Part shown: positions 35,225 through 44,904 of the stretch, in pieces
Layout: each line of letters starts with the position of its first letter
Numbering within the stretch: position 1 is the first letter of the stretch
Assembly: GCA_007133565.1 (NCBI GenBank)
Contig: SLMM01000014.1
Coordinates: forward strand, 4,405 to 68,404
Length of the DNA stretch: 64,000 nt
Source of the DNA: Bacteroidales bacterium
Lineage (GTDB): Bacteria; Bacteroidota; Bacteroidia; Bacteroidales; PUMT01
Reading direction: 5' to 3'
Notes under the pieces: generated by a model
What the model was told of the DNA's origin: nothing
Databases searched by the model: none
Seen by the model: the letters and a program-made list of their open reading frames with translations, nothing else
Made by a program: the position numbers and the translations under genes

Positions 35225-37201
35225 ATGGCTCCGGATATGAAGATTTATTCAATGCTGCTTATTATCGGGGGCCTCCTGATCTTTAGCGATACTAACGGTC
35301 AGTCGAGGCGACTTGAAAGGGCTGAGCGCGCATATGCCGCCGGCGAATATTATGAAGCAGTTGATCTTTTCAGGGATGCTTATACGGCTGTTAATGACAG
35401 GGAATTACGTACCGAGCTGGTTTACCGCATTGCAAAATGCTACATGAAGCTTTCTGAGGCAAGGCTGGCTGAAAACTGGTTCAGGAGGGCGATCAACCGT
35501 AATTATGATAACCCTGAGGTATACTGGTATTACGGCGAGGCACTCAAGATGAACGAAAAGTATGAGGAGGCGATAGAACAGTTCAGGATATTCAGCGAGC
35601 TCATGCCGGGTGACCCGAGAGGTGAAACAGGAATTAAATCTTCTGAACTGGCAATATACTGGATGGAAAATCCCACTCCCTATGAGATAGCTGAGGTTAA
35701 CTTTTTCAATTCAAGGGAAAGCGACTACTCTCCGGCATTTGCCAATGATGATTATACCCTGGTCTACTTTACATCAGCCAGAAAGGGTGACGGTAATTCA
35801 AGGCACGGGGCTACCGGCGAATATTTTGCGAATATTTATGAATCGAGAAAGGACAGGCAGGGTGTCTGGAGCACACCTGTACCCCTGTCAGGAATTAACT
35901 CCGAATTTGACGAGGGTACACCTTCCCTTACTCCCGACTACCGTGAGATGTTTTTTACCAGCTGCAAGGCTGTCAGAAGAAGAAACAACGGCTGCCAGAT
36001 CTATCAGGTTACCAGGAGCGGAAATGACTGGGGCAGGCCGGAAGCAATTAACCTGGCACCAGACACACTGATTGCGGCCCATCCAGCCATATCGCCCGAC
36101 GGACTAACACTTTATTTCGTGTCGGATATGCCCGGCGGTGTCGGCGGAAAGGATATCTGGAAGGTAACCCGAAGCAGCATAAATGGACCCTGGGGCACAC
36201 CGGTTAACATGGGTTCCGGGATAAATACCCCCGGCGATGAGGTTTTTCCTTATGTGCATCCTGACGGCTCATTATATTTTTCATCGAATGGACATCCCGG
36301 GATGGGGGGACTTGATATATTCAGGGCTGTAATGAGGGATGACGGTGAATGGAGTGTTCATAATCTGGGTTACCCGATAAATTCTCCTGCCGATGACTTT
36401 GGGATTGTGTTCGAGAAGGAAGCTGAAAGGGGCTATTTCAGTTCCAACCGCGGCAGGCGAGGTGACGACAATATTTTCTCATTCTATATGCCTCCGCTCT
36501 ATTTCAATGTCGATGGTACGGTAAACGACCTTGATACGGGTGAGAAACTGCCCGGATCAACTGTACAGATGGTTGGCAGCGATGGTTCAATTCTTAATGT
36601 AAGCACGGGTGAGAACGGGGAGTTCAGGTTCATGCTCAGGCCCGGGGTGGATTATGTGTTCCTGGCATCGAGAGAAGGTTACCTGACCGACAAAGCCGGC
36701 GTTACAACAAGGGGGCTTGACCGGAGCAGGGATTTTACCGTAAGCATCGATATACAGTCTTATGCCAGTCCTATTGAGGTTACCGATATTTTCTATGATT
36801 TTGCCAGGTGGGACCTCAGGCCTGAATCGATGGTTGCCCTTGACCGTCTCGTCGAGGTGCTGAATGACAATCCGCATATTACTATTGAACTTGCTTCACA
36901 TACTGACTCGAGGGGCGGTGCTGAGTTTAATATGGAACTTTCACAAATGCGTGCCCAGTCGGTTGTTGAATACCTGATTGAAAACGGGATAGCTTCCGAC
37001 AGGCTTGTAGCTGCCGGATATGGAAAATCCCGACCCCGCGTGGTTGATCAGCGAATGGCCGGGGTTTACCCGTTCCTGCCTGAAGGTACAATTCTGACGG
37101 AAGAGTTTATAGAATCGCTTCCAAACGAAGAACAGCGTGAAACGGCTCACCAGATCAACCGTCGTACAGAATTTGAAGTCCTCACAACCGATTACGAATA
37201 G
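35225..37201 (+). CDS. OmpA-family outer-membrane protein (TPR + PD40 repeats + CarboxypepD_reg-like + OmpA_C)
   Basis: 658 aa. PD40 repeats (ISPDGLTLYFVSDMPGGVGGKDIW, DGSLYFSSNGHPGMGGLDIF). OmpA_C motifs (IELASHTDSRGGAEFNMELSQMRAQSV, GYGKSRP). Confidence 0.85.
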   Translation: MAPDMKIYSMLLIIGGLLIFSDTNGQSRRLERAERAYAAGEYYEAVDLFRDAYTAVNDRELRTELVYRIAKCYMKLSEARLAENWFRRAINRNYDNPEVYWYYGEALKMNEKYEEAIEQFRIFSELMPGDPRGETGIKSSELAIYWMENPTPYEIAEVNFFNSRESDYSPAFANDDYTLVYFTSARKGDGNSRHGATGEYFANIYESRKDRQGVWSTPVPLSGINSEFDEGTPSLTPDYREMFFTSCKAVRRRNNGCQIYQVTRSGNDWGRPEAINLAPDTLIAAHPAISPDGLTLYFVSDMPGGVGGKDIWKVTRSSINGPWGTPVNMGSGINTPGDEVFPYVHPDGSLYFSSNGHPGMGGLDIFRAVMRDDGEWSVHNLGYPINSPADDFGIVFEKEAERGYFSSNRGRRGDDNIFSFYMPPLYFNVDGTVNDLDTGEKLPGSTVQMVGSDGSILNVSTGENGEFRFMLRPGVDYVFLASREGYLTDKAGVTTRGLDRSRDFTVSIDIQSYASPIEVTDIFYDFARWDLRPESMVALDRLVEVLNDNPHITIELASHTDSRGGAEFNMELSQMRAQSVVEYLIENGIASDRLVAAGYGKSRPRVVDQRMAGVYPFLPEGTILTEEFIESLPNEEQRETAHQINRRTEFEVLTTDYE

Positions 37202-37238
37202 CAACGCTGAGATCTCAGCAATAAATGACAGGCAAAAT

Positions 37239-37273
37239 AAACCGGCCGGATTTCAACCCGGCCGGGCCGGTTT
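37239..37273. terminator. Bidirectional terminator between convergent ompA-family and DHS-like genes
   Basis: 9-bp stem AAACCGGCC/GGCCGGTTT. T-rich flanks when read on the minus strand. Confidence 0.6.
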
Positions 37274-37284
37274 AATGTTGGTTG

Positions 37285-38331
37285 TTATGGCTTAACCTTT
37301 TGTGTCTCTGCAACCTTATCGAGGAGCTTTGACCACTCTTTAACTGACCGTGCCCTCCAATCACCCCTGTGGTAAAGATAACTGGCGATAAGAGGCAGGA
37401 CTGATGTTGCCTCGGCATAAACCATCTGCTCATACACCGTATCTACCTTGCCCCAGGAAGAGGCCTCCTTGAGGGTTGAGCTTGAGCAGGCACCATCTCT
37501 AGAATCAGCAACTGTTATCTGGATGGCATATTTATGCATTTCCACATCTTTGCCCAGTATCTCTGCACATATCACTGTATCCTGGGTGAAATTCTTCGGC
37601 ACCCCTCCGCCAATCATGAAAAGGCCGGTTGAAGGCGCTGCCATTTTTATTTTTGTAAGCTCAAGGAAATCCTTTACCGAGTCGATGGCAATATGCCGGT
37701 CGGGATTGTCCCACTGGTGCTTTACCAGTCCGAATCCTGCGCTGCTGTCGGTAAAGGCCGGACAGAAAACCGGTACATTATGCTCATAGCACACCTGGAC
37801 CAGGGAATTTTCCTTCTTTGCATTATTAACAAGGTATTTACCCATCTCCCTTATAAACTCCCTTGAGGAATAAGCGCCGGGTTCCATGAGGTTTGCTATC
37901 TCCATTATGGTATGGTCGCAAACCTGCAACTCCTCCTCGTCAATATATGTATCGTATATCCTGTCAATATATAATTCCCGGAGCTGTCTGTCATCGGCAT
38001 CAGGTGATCCTTTATAGTGCCTGAATCCGAGAGCTTCAAAAAAGTCCATATCCACTATCGAGGCCCCGGTAGCTACAATTACGTCTATCATCCTGCTTTT
38101 TACCATATCTGTGTAAACCTGCATGCACCCGCCTGCACTTGTGCTGCCGGCAAGTGTCAGAATAACCGAACAACTGTCTTCTTTCAGCATCCTGGTATAA
38201 ATATCGGCTGCAGATGCCGTATCGCGCGAGGTAAACGACATCTCCCGCATGGCATCAATTATCGGGGTGGCGTCGAACGATTTTATATCAATATGTTTGA
38301 CCGGGTCTTTCAGAAAATCTTTTTTTTCCAT
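37285..38331 (-). CDS. Deoxyhypusine synthase-like protein (probable homospermidine synthase)
   Basis: 348 aa. The DHS-family pattern runs through the protein (LTLAGSTSAGG, DVIVATGASIVD, GGGVPKNF, EASSWGK). Clustered with agmatinase and arginine decarboxylase genes. Confidence 0.8.
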   Translation of the reverse strand: MEKKDFLKDPVKHIDIKSFDATPIIDAMREMSFTSRDTASAADIYTRMLKEDSCSVILTLAGSTSAGGCMQVYTDMVKSRMIDVIVATGASIVDMDFFEALGFRHYKGSPDADDRQLRELYIDRIYDTYIDEEELQVCDHTIMEIANLMEPGAYSSREFIREMGKYLVNNAKKENSLVQVCYEHNVPVFCPAFTDSSAGFGLVKHQWDNPDRHIAIDSVKDFLELTKIKMAAPSTGLFMIGGGVPKNFTQDTVICAEILGKDVEMHKYAIQITVADSRDGACSSSTLKEASSWGKVDTVYEQMVYAEATSVLPLIASYLYHRGDWRARSVKEWSKLLDKVAETQKVKP

Positions 38332-38335
38332 TGCA

Positions 38336-39202
38336 TCAAATATTTTTCAGGTTTTTACTTTTTGCAAAATGCATGCTGAGTATCCTGTATATCAGCTTAG
38401 CCGCCAGGAAATCCGGAGCCCTGTTTGCTTTTGAGGGGCAGAGTTCAACAACATCAAATCCTGCCAAATTCCGGGTTTCAATTACCTTTTTTATAAAGGC
38501 CAGCGTCTGATACCATCCCATGCCGCCGGGCTCGGGGGTTCCCGTTGAAGGCATGATAGAAGGGTCAAATGCATCAAGGTCGATTGTCATATAGACATTA
38601 TCTGAAAGGAGACCGACAGCCCTGTCCATCCATTGCTCATTATCATGGATCTGATAAGCATAAAACACCCTTTCCGGGTCTGCTATTTCAAGTTCGCCTG
38701 CGTCACAGGATCTGATACCTACCTGGACCAGGGGAGCCAGCTCCCTGGCCCTGGCCATAACACAGGCATGGTTATGATCCGATCCCTCATACTCATTTCT
38801 CATATCGCTGTGGGCATCGATCTGAAGGATTGAGAGGTTGTCATACTTTTTGGCAAAAGCCTTCATGCTGCCAATCGACACCGAGTGCTCCCCTCCGGTT
38901 ATTACAGTAAATTTATTTCTGTCAATGAAGTGCTTAACCCTTTCGTACACAGCGGCGGACATCCTTTCGGGAGACGATTTCTCAATTACCGGCCCGGAAG
39001 TAAATATCCCCAGCTTATATACTTCGCTGTCAGTTTCTATATCATACAATTCCATATTGGCAGAAGCTTCAATAATTGCCTCAGGCCCCCTGTCAGCCCC
39101 TTTGATCCAGGTGCTTGTTCCGTCGTAAGGTACCGGAATGATCACTATTGCTGAAGACTCCTCTCCCGAATATTCCCGGGGGAGTCCCCCGAAATTTAAC
39201 AT
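38336..39202 (-). CDS. speB: Agmatinase (ureohydrolase family)
   Basis: 288 aa. Mn-binding motifs GGEHS, DAHSD, DLDAFDP and EP.GM. Confidence 0.85.
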   Translation of the reverse strand: MLNFGGLPREYSGEESSAIVIIPVPYDGTSTWIKGADRGPEAIIEASANMELYDIETDSEVYKLGIFTSGPVIEKSSPERMSAAVYERVKHFIDRNKFTVITGGEHSVSIGSMKAFAKKYDNLSILQIDAHSDMRNEYEGSDHNHACVMARARELAPLVQVGIRSCDAGELEIADPERVFYAYQIHDNEQWMDRAVGLLSDNVYMTIDLDAFDPSIMPSTGTPEPGGMGWYQTLAFIKKVIETRNLAGFDVVELCPSKANRAPDFLAAKLIYRILSMHFAKSKNLKNI

Positions 39203-39240
39203 ATCAACATGTTTTACAAGTAAATTTGTTCAAAATTAAG

Positions 39241-40632
39241 TTAATAGCCAAGTATTTTAAGCATCGATTTATGACTTTGTTCCTTGGCAAAGAGCTTTGT
39301 TGTAATCTCGTCATCTTCGTCAAGGTCTATAATTATATGTTTCGGTGCCGGGATCAGGCAGTGCTGTATGCCTCCGTAGCCCCCGATCGATTCCTGGTAC
39401 GCGCCTGTATGGAACAACCCTATATACTGGGGTTCACCATTACGTATCTTCGGCAGGAATATCGCGTTCGCATGCGCCTCCGAGTTATAATAGTCCTCGC
39501 TGTCGCAGGTAAGTCCCCCGAGAAACACCCTTTCATACTCCTCTTCCCAGTTGTTTATGGCCAGGAGAATGAATCTCTTGTTCAGCGCCCAGGTGTCTGG
39601 AAGGGTTGTCATGAATGATGAATCGATCATGTTCCAGATTTCGCGGTCATTCTGTCGTTTTTGTCCCAAAACGGAGTATAGAACTGCGCTGCTTTCTGCT
39701 ACAGTGTATGATCCGAATTCGGTAAATATGTCTGGTTCGGGTATTTCATTGCGTTCACATATGTTTTTGATCTGGGCAATGATCTCTTCTGCCATGTATT
39801 CATATTCATAATCAAATGACAATGAGTTCTTGATTGGGAAGCCGCCGCCTATGTTCAGAGAATCAAGTTCTGGACAGATCTTTTTCAGCTCGCAATAGAC
39901 ATTTACACATTTTGACAGCTCATTCCAGTAATAGGCATTGTCGGCAATGCCCGTATTGATAAAAAAGTGGAGCATTTTCAGCTCTATGTCCGGGTTGGGT
40001 TTTATTTTCTCCCGGTAAAAGGAGACAATATCGTTATATCTTATACCAAGCCTGGATGTGTAGAACTCAAATTTGGGTTCCTCCTCTGAGGCAATCCTGA
40101 TGCCGACCTTATACCTGGTTTTTATGAGGCTGTTGAGCTGATCAAGTTCAAACATGTTGTCAAGTACGGGAATGGTGTTGGAAAAACCGCCATTTATAAA
40201 ACCGGCTATATTTTCAATATATTGCGGGCGTTTAAAACCGTTGCACACGATATAAATATCCTTGTTAACCAGTCCGGTCTGGTACAGCTCTTCTATTATA
40301 TTAAGGTCAAATGCAGATGATGTTTCAAGATGGACATCATTTTCAAGCACTTTTTCAAGAGTGAATGAGAAATGTGAGCTCTTGGTGCAGTAGCAGTAGT
40401 GGTAGTCGCCGTTATAATCGGCCTTTGCAATTGCAACGTTAAACCATTTCTTGGCCTGCTGTATTTTTTCACTGATCTTCGGAAGGTAAGTGATCTTCAA
40501 TGGTGTGCCGTATTGCTTGATCACATCCATGAGCGGGATATCGTTAAAGTAAAGTTCGTTTTCGTCAACCCTGAATTCCTCCTGAGGAAACTCGAATGTT
40601 TGTTCAATAAGGTCTATATACTTGTTCTTCAT
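39241..40632 (-). CDS. Arginine decarboxylase, short type III PLP (alanine-racemase-fold) form
   Basis: 463 aa. TIM-barrel decarboxylase layout: YGTPLKITYL, the YCTKS region with the PLP lysine, NIGGGFP, TEFGSY, GGLTCDS. Operon context with speB. Substrate assignment rests on context and recalled family annotation. Confidence 0.75.
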   Translation of the reverse strand: MKNKYIDLIEQTFEFPQEEFRVDENELYFNDIPLMDVIKQYGTPLKITYLPKISEKIQQAKKWFNVAIAKADYNGDYHYCYCTKSSHFSFTLEKVLENDVHLETSSAFDLNIIEELYQTGLVNKDIYIVCNGFKRPQYIENIAGFINGGFSNTIPVLDNMFELDQLNSLIKTRYKVGIRIASEEEPKFEFYTSRLGIRYNDIVSFYREKIKPNPDIELKMLHFFINTGIADNAYYWNELSKCVNVYCELKKICPELDSLNIGGGFPIKNSLSFDYEYEYMAEEIIAQIKNICERNEIPEPDIFTEFGSYTVAESSAVLYSVLGQKRQNDREIWNMIDSSFMTTLPDTWALNKRFILLAINNWEEEYERVFLGGLTCDSEDYYNSEAHANAIFLPKIRNGEPQYIGLFHTGAYQESIGGYGGIQHCLIPAPKHIIIDLDEDDEITTKLFAKEQSHKSMLKILGY

Positions 40633-40915
40633 GGCTATGATGGTTTACGCGTTGAAAAAAAGTCTGCAAATAAAAGCAAAATAAATAAATGTTCAAAAAA
40701 ATCATAAGGTAAATAACATGGATTGATAAATAATAAACAAAGTAACTTATCCGGATATTGTTTATTTGCCATATTCGAATTAGATATTTATCATGCAGAT
40801 GCATGTTTATTTTTGGTAAACCTGACACCGTAGGGTATCCGCCGGTAATATTCAGATCTGGTTCTTAATCGGTTTGCGTTTCCCGGGGTAATCTCCCATT
40901 ATAGTATCAATTTTG

Positions 40916-40923
40916 TATCTTTG
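40916..40923 (+). promoter_or_regulatory. -7 box TATCTTTG for the GNAT/C-N hydrolase gene
   Basis: Matches TAnnTTTG, 51 nt upstream of the ATG at 40975. Confidence 0.4.
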
Positions 40924-40974
40924 CGGATCAAAACTATTCAGGAGGATGATATTTTGACCAAAATGTCATAGAAC

Positions 40975-42549
40975 ATGAACAAAGACACTACGGTAGTTCT
41001 GAGGAACTTACACCTTAAGGACTATGATGACATAGCCGAAGCAATGAAGGTGGCCTATTCTGGGATAGGAGGTGCCGTATGGAAATACTCGCAACTGAAG
41101 AAACTTATGAACCTTTTCCCTGAAGGGCAGATATGCGTTGAGGTAAACGGAAAGGTAGTGGCCTGTGCACTTTCGATAATCGTAGATTACAGTCAGTTTG
41201 GTGATTCTCATACATATGAGGAGATTACCGGTAACTACAGGTTCGGCACACATGATCCGGAAGGGGATGTACTTTACGGCATTGATATTTTTGTGCATCC
41301 CGGTTACAGGAATATGCGCCTTGGCCGGCGTTTATACGATGCCCGGAAGGAGCTGTGCGAGAACCTGAACCTTCGCGCCATAATTGCCGGAGGGCGAATT
41401 CCCGGATACAGCGAATATGCTGATGAGCTTACCCCAAAGCAGTATATTGAGAAAGTGGAGATGAAAGAGATATACGACCCCATTCTCACTTTCCAGATAT
41501 CCAATAATTTTCATGTTAAGAAGATACTCCGCAATTACCTGCCGTTTGATAATGAATCCAAGACATTCGCTACGCTTATCGAGTGGAACAATATTTATTT
41601 TGAGGAAAAGGAGAGGGCTATTGGCAGGAAAAAGTCGGTTGTGCGGCTGGGCCTTGTCCAATGGCAGATGAGACATCTTGCTTCAATAGATGCCCTTATC
41701 GAACAGATGGAGTTTTTTATTGATGCCGTCAGCGATTATCAGAGCGATTTCATCCTGTTCCCGGAGTTTTTCAATGCCCCGCTGATGGCCAAGTACAATC
41801 ATCTGGCCGAATCTGATGCCATCAGGGCCCTTGCCAACTATTCTGAACCGATAAGGAGTAAATTCGTTGAGTTTGCAATCAGCTACAACGTCAATATCAT
41901 TTGCGGCAGCCTGCCGGTTTACGAAGATGAAAAGCTATATAACATTGCATATCTCTGCCGCCGTGACGGATCATGGGATATGCAGTACAAGATACATATA
42001 ACTCCAAGTGAGCTTACAAGCTGGGGATTGACCGGCGGTGATTCGATAAGGGTTTTTGACACCGATTCGGGAAAGATAGGCGTTCTTATATGCTATGATG
42101 TTGAGTTTCCCGAACTGGGGCGTATAATGGCCGAGCAGGGGCTTGAAATTCTGTTTGTCCCCTTCCTTACAGATACCCAGAACGGGTACAACCGGGTAAG
42201 GCACTGTGCGCAGGCCAGGGCCATTGAAAACGAATGTTACGTTGCAATTGCCGGCAGTGTCGGGAACCTGCCGCGGGTTAACAACATGGATATCCAGTAT
42301 GCCCAGTCGGCCGTTTTTTCTCCCTCAGATTTTGCATTTCCCACAAACACCATAGTTAGTGAGGCAACTCCAAATACCGAAATGACACTCATCGTCGATG
42401 TTAATCTGGATCTGCTCAAAGAACTTCATGTAAACGGATCTGTGAGAAACCTGAAGGACCGCAGGACTGACCTTTATTCATTGCGCTGGAAAGATGCCGC
42501 GAGGCCTAAAAACCGTATCGAAGAAACACAAACAGAAGAGTATGGCTGA
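40975..42549 (+). CDS. Bifunctional GNAT N-acetyltransferase / carbon-nitrogen hydrolase (nitrilase-superfamily) fusion protein
   Basis: 524 aa. N-terminal GNAT core (IFVHPGYRNMRLGRRLY). C-terminal C-N hydrolase with catalytic-triad contexts FPEFF (Glu), YKIHITP (Lys) and GVLICYDVEFPE (Cys). Confidence 0.8.
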   Translation: MNKDTTVVLRNLHLKDYDDIAEAMKVAYSGIGGAVWKYSQLKKLMNLFPEGQICVEVNGKVVACALSIIVDYSQFGDSHTYEEITGNYRFGTHDPEGDVLYGIDIFVHPGYRNMRLGRRLYDARKELCENLNLRAIIAGGRIPGYSEYADELTPKQYIEKVEMKEIYDPILTFQISNNFHVKKILRNYLPFDNESKTFATLIEWNNIYFEEKERAIGRKKSVVRLGLVQWQMRHLASIDALIEQMEFFIDAVSDYQSDFILFPEFFNAPLMAKYNHLAESDAIRALANYSEPIRSKFVEFAISYNVNIICGSLPVYEDEKLYNIAYLCRRDGSWDMQYKIHITPSELTSWGLTGGDSIRVFDTDSGKIGVLICYDVEFPELGRIMAEQGLEILFVPFLTDTQNGYNRVRHCAQARAIENECYVAIAGSVGNLPRVNNMDIQYAQSAVFSPSDFAFPTNTIVSEATPNTEMTLIVDVNLDLLKELHVNGSVRNLKDRRTDLYSLRWKDAARPKNRIEETQTEEYG

Positions 42550-43714
42550 TCAGTCCCGTTATGATAAAAGAGGTGTATCTGCTTCAAAAGAAGATGTGCA
42601 CAAAGCCATCAGCGGGATTGATAAGGGGCTTTTTCCGGTTGCATTCTGCAAGGTCATTCCCGATCTGCTTGGTGGAGATCCTGATTACTGCAATATTATG
42701 CATGCCGATGGTGCCGGCACAAAATCATCGCTGGCCTGGGTTTACTGGAAAGAGACAGGAGATATTTCGGTTTGGAAAGGGATCGCCCAGGATGCCATAG
42801 TGATGAATGTTGACGATCTTCTGTGTGTCGGGGCTACCGGCAACATTATACTTTCATCGACCATCGGCCGCAACCGCAACCATGTTCCCGGCGAAGTTGT
42901 GGCTGCAATTATCAACGGTACAGAGGAATTTCTGCAGGAGATGCGCGACCTTGGTATCGGCATTTACTCAACGGGAGGCGAAACTGCCGATGTGGGCGAC
43001 CTTGTCCGTACAGTGATAGTGGATTCTACCGTAACATGCCGGATGAGGAGAGAGGATATAATTACAAATGACCATATAGCGGCAGGCGATGTTATCGTCG
43101 GGCTCTCCTCTTTCGGGAAGGCGAGCTATGAGAAACAGTATAACGGTGGTATTGGAAGCAATGGACTGACTTCGGCCCGTCATGATGTTTTCGGATCCTA
43201 TCTTGCAGAAAAATATCCGGAGAGTTTTGATCCTGCTTTGCCACCCGAACTTGTTTATACGGGTTCTCTGAGGCTTACGGATATGGTAACGGGTACAGGT
43301 ATGGATGCAGGAAGGCTGGTGCTGTCTCCAACCCGAACCTATGCCCCCGTAATTCATGAAGTACTGAAAAACTACCGTCAGTTTATACACGGCATGGTCC
43401 ATTGCAGTGGTGGCGGTCAGGCAAAGGTGCTTAATTTCATTGACAGGCTCCATGTTGTCAAGGACAATATGTTTGAAGTGCCTCCTTTGTTCAGGATTAT
43501 ACAGGAACAGTCCGGAACATCATGGCAAGAGATGTACAGGGTTTTCAACATGGGGCACCGGTTCGAGCTTTATGTTCCGGCTGATGTTGCTTCGGAGGTT
43601 GTTTCCGTCGCCGAAAGTTTTGGAGTAGGAGCCCGGATTGTGGGTTATTGTGAAGCGGCCGGCTCGCCAAAACTCACTATCAGGTCTGAACAGGGCGAGT
43701 TTGTTTACAGTTAA
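42542..43714 (+). CDS. AIR synthase-related (PurM-like) protein; probable phosphoribosylformylglycinamidine cyclo-ligase of the Bacteroidota type
   Basis: 390 aa from the ATG at 42542 (MADQSRYDKRGVSASKEDVH). PurM-like N-domain (HADGAGTKS, DDLLCVGA) and C-domain (HCSGGGQ, FNMGHR). The start overlaps the upstream stop by 8 nt. Confidence 0.65.
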   Translation: MADQSRYDKRGVSASKEDVHKAISGIDKGLFPVAFCKVIPDLLGGDPDYCNIMHADGAGTKSSLAWVYWKETGDISVWKGIAQDAIVMNVDDLLCVGATGNIILSSTIGRNRNHVPGEVVAAIINGTEEFLQEMRDLGIGIYSTGGETADVGDLVRTVIVDSTVTCRMRREDIITNDHIAAGDVIVGLSSFGKASYEKQYNGGIGSNGLTSARHDVFGSYLAEKYPESFDPALPPELVYTGSLRLTDMVTGTGMDAGRLVLSPTRTYAPVIHEVLKNYRQFIHGMVHCSGGGQAKVLNFIDRLHVVKDNMFEVPPLFRIIQEQSGTSWQEMYRVFNMGHRFELYVPADVASEVVSVAESFGVGARIVGYCEAAGSPKLTIRSEQGEFVYS

Positions 43715-43778
43715 GGTTTTAGTTGCCGGTTTTTACTAATTTTACATTTAAACTATTAACCATCTTTCCGGTTTAAAA

Positions 43779-44864
43779 ATGAGCAGAAATACCATATTGG
43801 AAAAATTAGAGGGTGTCAGGCTGAGGTTTGAAGAGGTAGAACAGATGTTGACCGATCCCCAGGTTGCTAATGATATGCAGCGTTATATTAAGCTTAACAA
43901 AGAGTACCGGGATCTTGAGCCGGTTGTTAAAGCCTATGGAGAATACAGGAATGTCCTTAGTAACATAGATTCGGCAAAGGAGATCCTCGCTGCCGAGAAG
44001 GATGAGGAGATGAGGGAGATGGCACGGATGGAGCTGGATGATCTGCATGAAAAGATTGGCCCGATGGAAGAAAAGATACGCCTTTTGCTGCTTCCTGCCG
44101 ATCCGGAAGATGAAAAAAATGCCATAGTGGAGATAAGGGCCGGTACAGGAGGAGATGAAGCAAGCATCTTTGCAGGCGACCTTTTCAGGATGTACGGAAA
44201 ATTTTGTGAAAACAAAAGGTGGAAGGTCGAGATAACACATTATAATGAGGGCACTGCCGGGGGCTATAAGGAGGTTGTTTTCAATGTAAGCGGACAGGGG
44301 GTCTATGGGGTTCTGAAGTATGAATCGGGGGTGCACAGGGTACAGAGGGTGCCGCAGACCGAAACGCAGGGCAGGGTCCATACATCTGCCGCAACTGTGG
44401 CGGTTTTACCTGAAGCCGAGGAGTTTGACATAGATCTGAGGCCCGATGATATCAGAAAGGATACATATTGTTCATCCGGACCGGGAGGGCAGTCTGTGAA
44501 CACCACCTATTCTGCCATCAGGCTTACTCATATCCCGAGCGGGATCGTTGTTACCTGCCAGGACCAGAAATCGCAGCTCAAGAACCTTGACAAGGCAATG
44601 GCTGAATTACGGACACGACTGTATAATCTGGAATATCAGAAATATATTGACGAAATATCGTCAAAAAGGAAGACCATGGTATCTACAGGCGACAGGTCGG
44701 CCAAGATAAGGACATATAATTACCAGCAGGGCAGGGTAACCGACCACCGGATAAACCTGACGCTTTATAATCTTACTGTCATCCTTGACGGCGAACTTGA
44801 CGAGATCATAGATAAGCTGCAGATGGCTGAGAATGCTGAGAGGCTTAAAGCCAGCACTGTCTGA
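43779..44864 (+). CDS. prfA: Peptide chain release factor 1
   Basis: 361 aa. GGQ motif (SSGPGGQSVNTT) and the RF1-type tripeptide region RVQRVPQTETQGRVHTS. Confidence 0.93.
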   Translation: MSRNTILEKLEGVRLRFEEVEQMLTDPQVANDMQRYIKLNKEYRDLEPVVKAYGEYRNVLSNIDSAKEILAAEKDEEMREMARMELDDLHEKIGPMEEKIRLLLLPADPEDEKNAIVEIRAGTGGDEASIFAGDLFRMYGKFCENKRWKVEITHYNEGTAGGYKEVVFNVSGQGVYGVLKYESGVHRVQRVPQTETQGRVHTSAATVAVLPEAEEFDIDLRPDDIRKDTYCSSGPGGQSVNTTYSAIRLTHIPSGIVVTCQDQKSQLKNLDKAMAELRTRLYNLEYQKYIDEISSKRKTMVSTGDRSAKIRTYNYQQGRVTDHRINLTLYNLTVILDGELDEIIDKLQMAENAERLKASTV

Positions 44865-44904
44865 ACCGTTGCGGGGCCTGTGTTATAACTCAATCCAATT
44901 GCAT

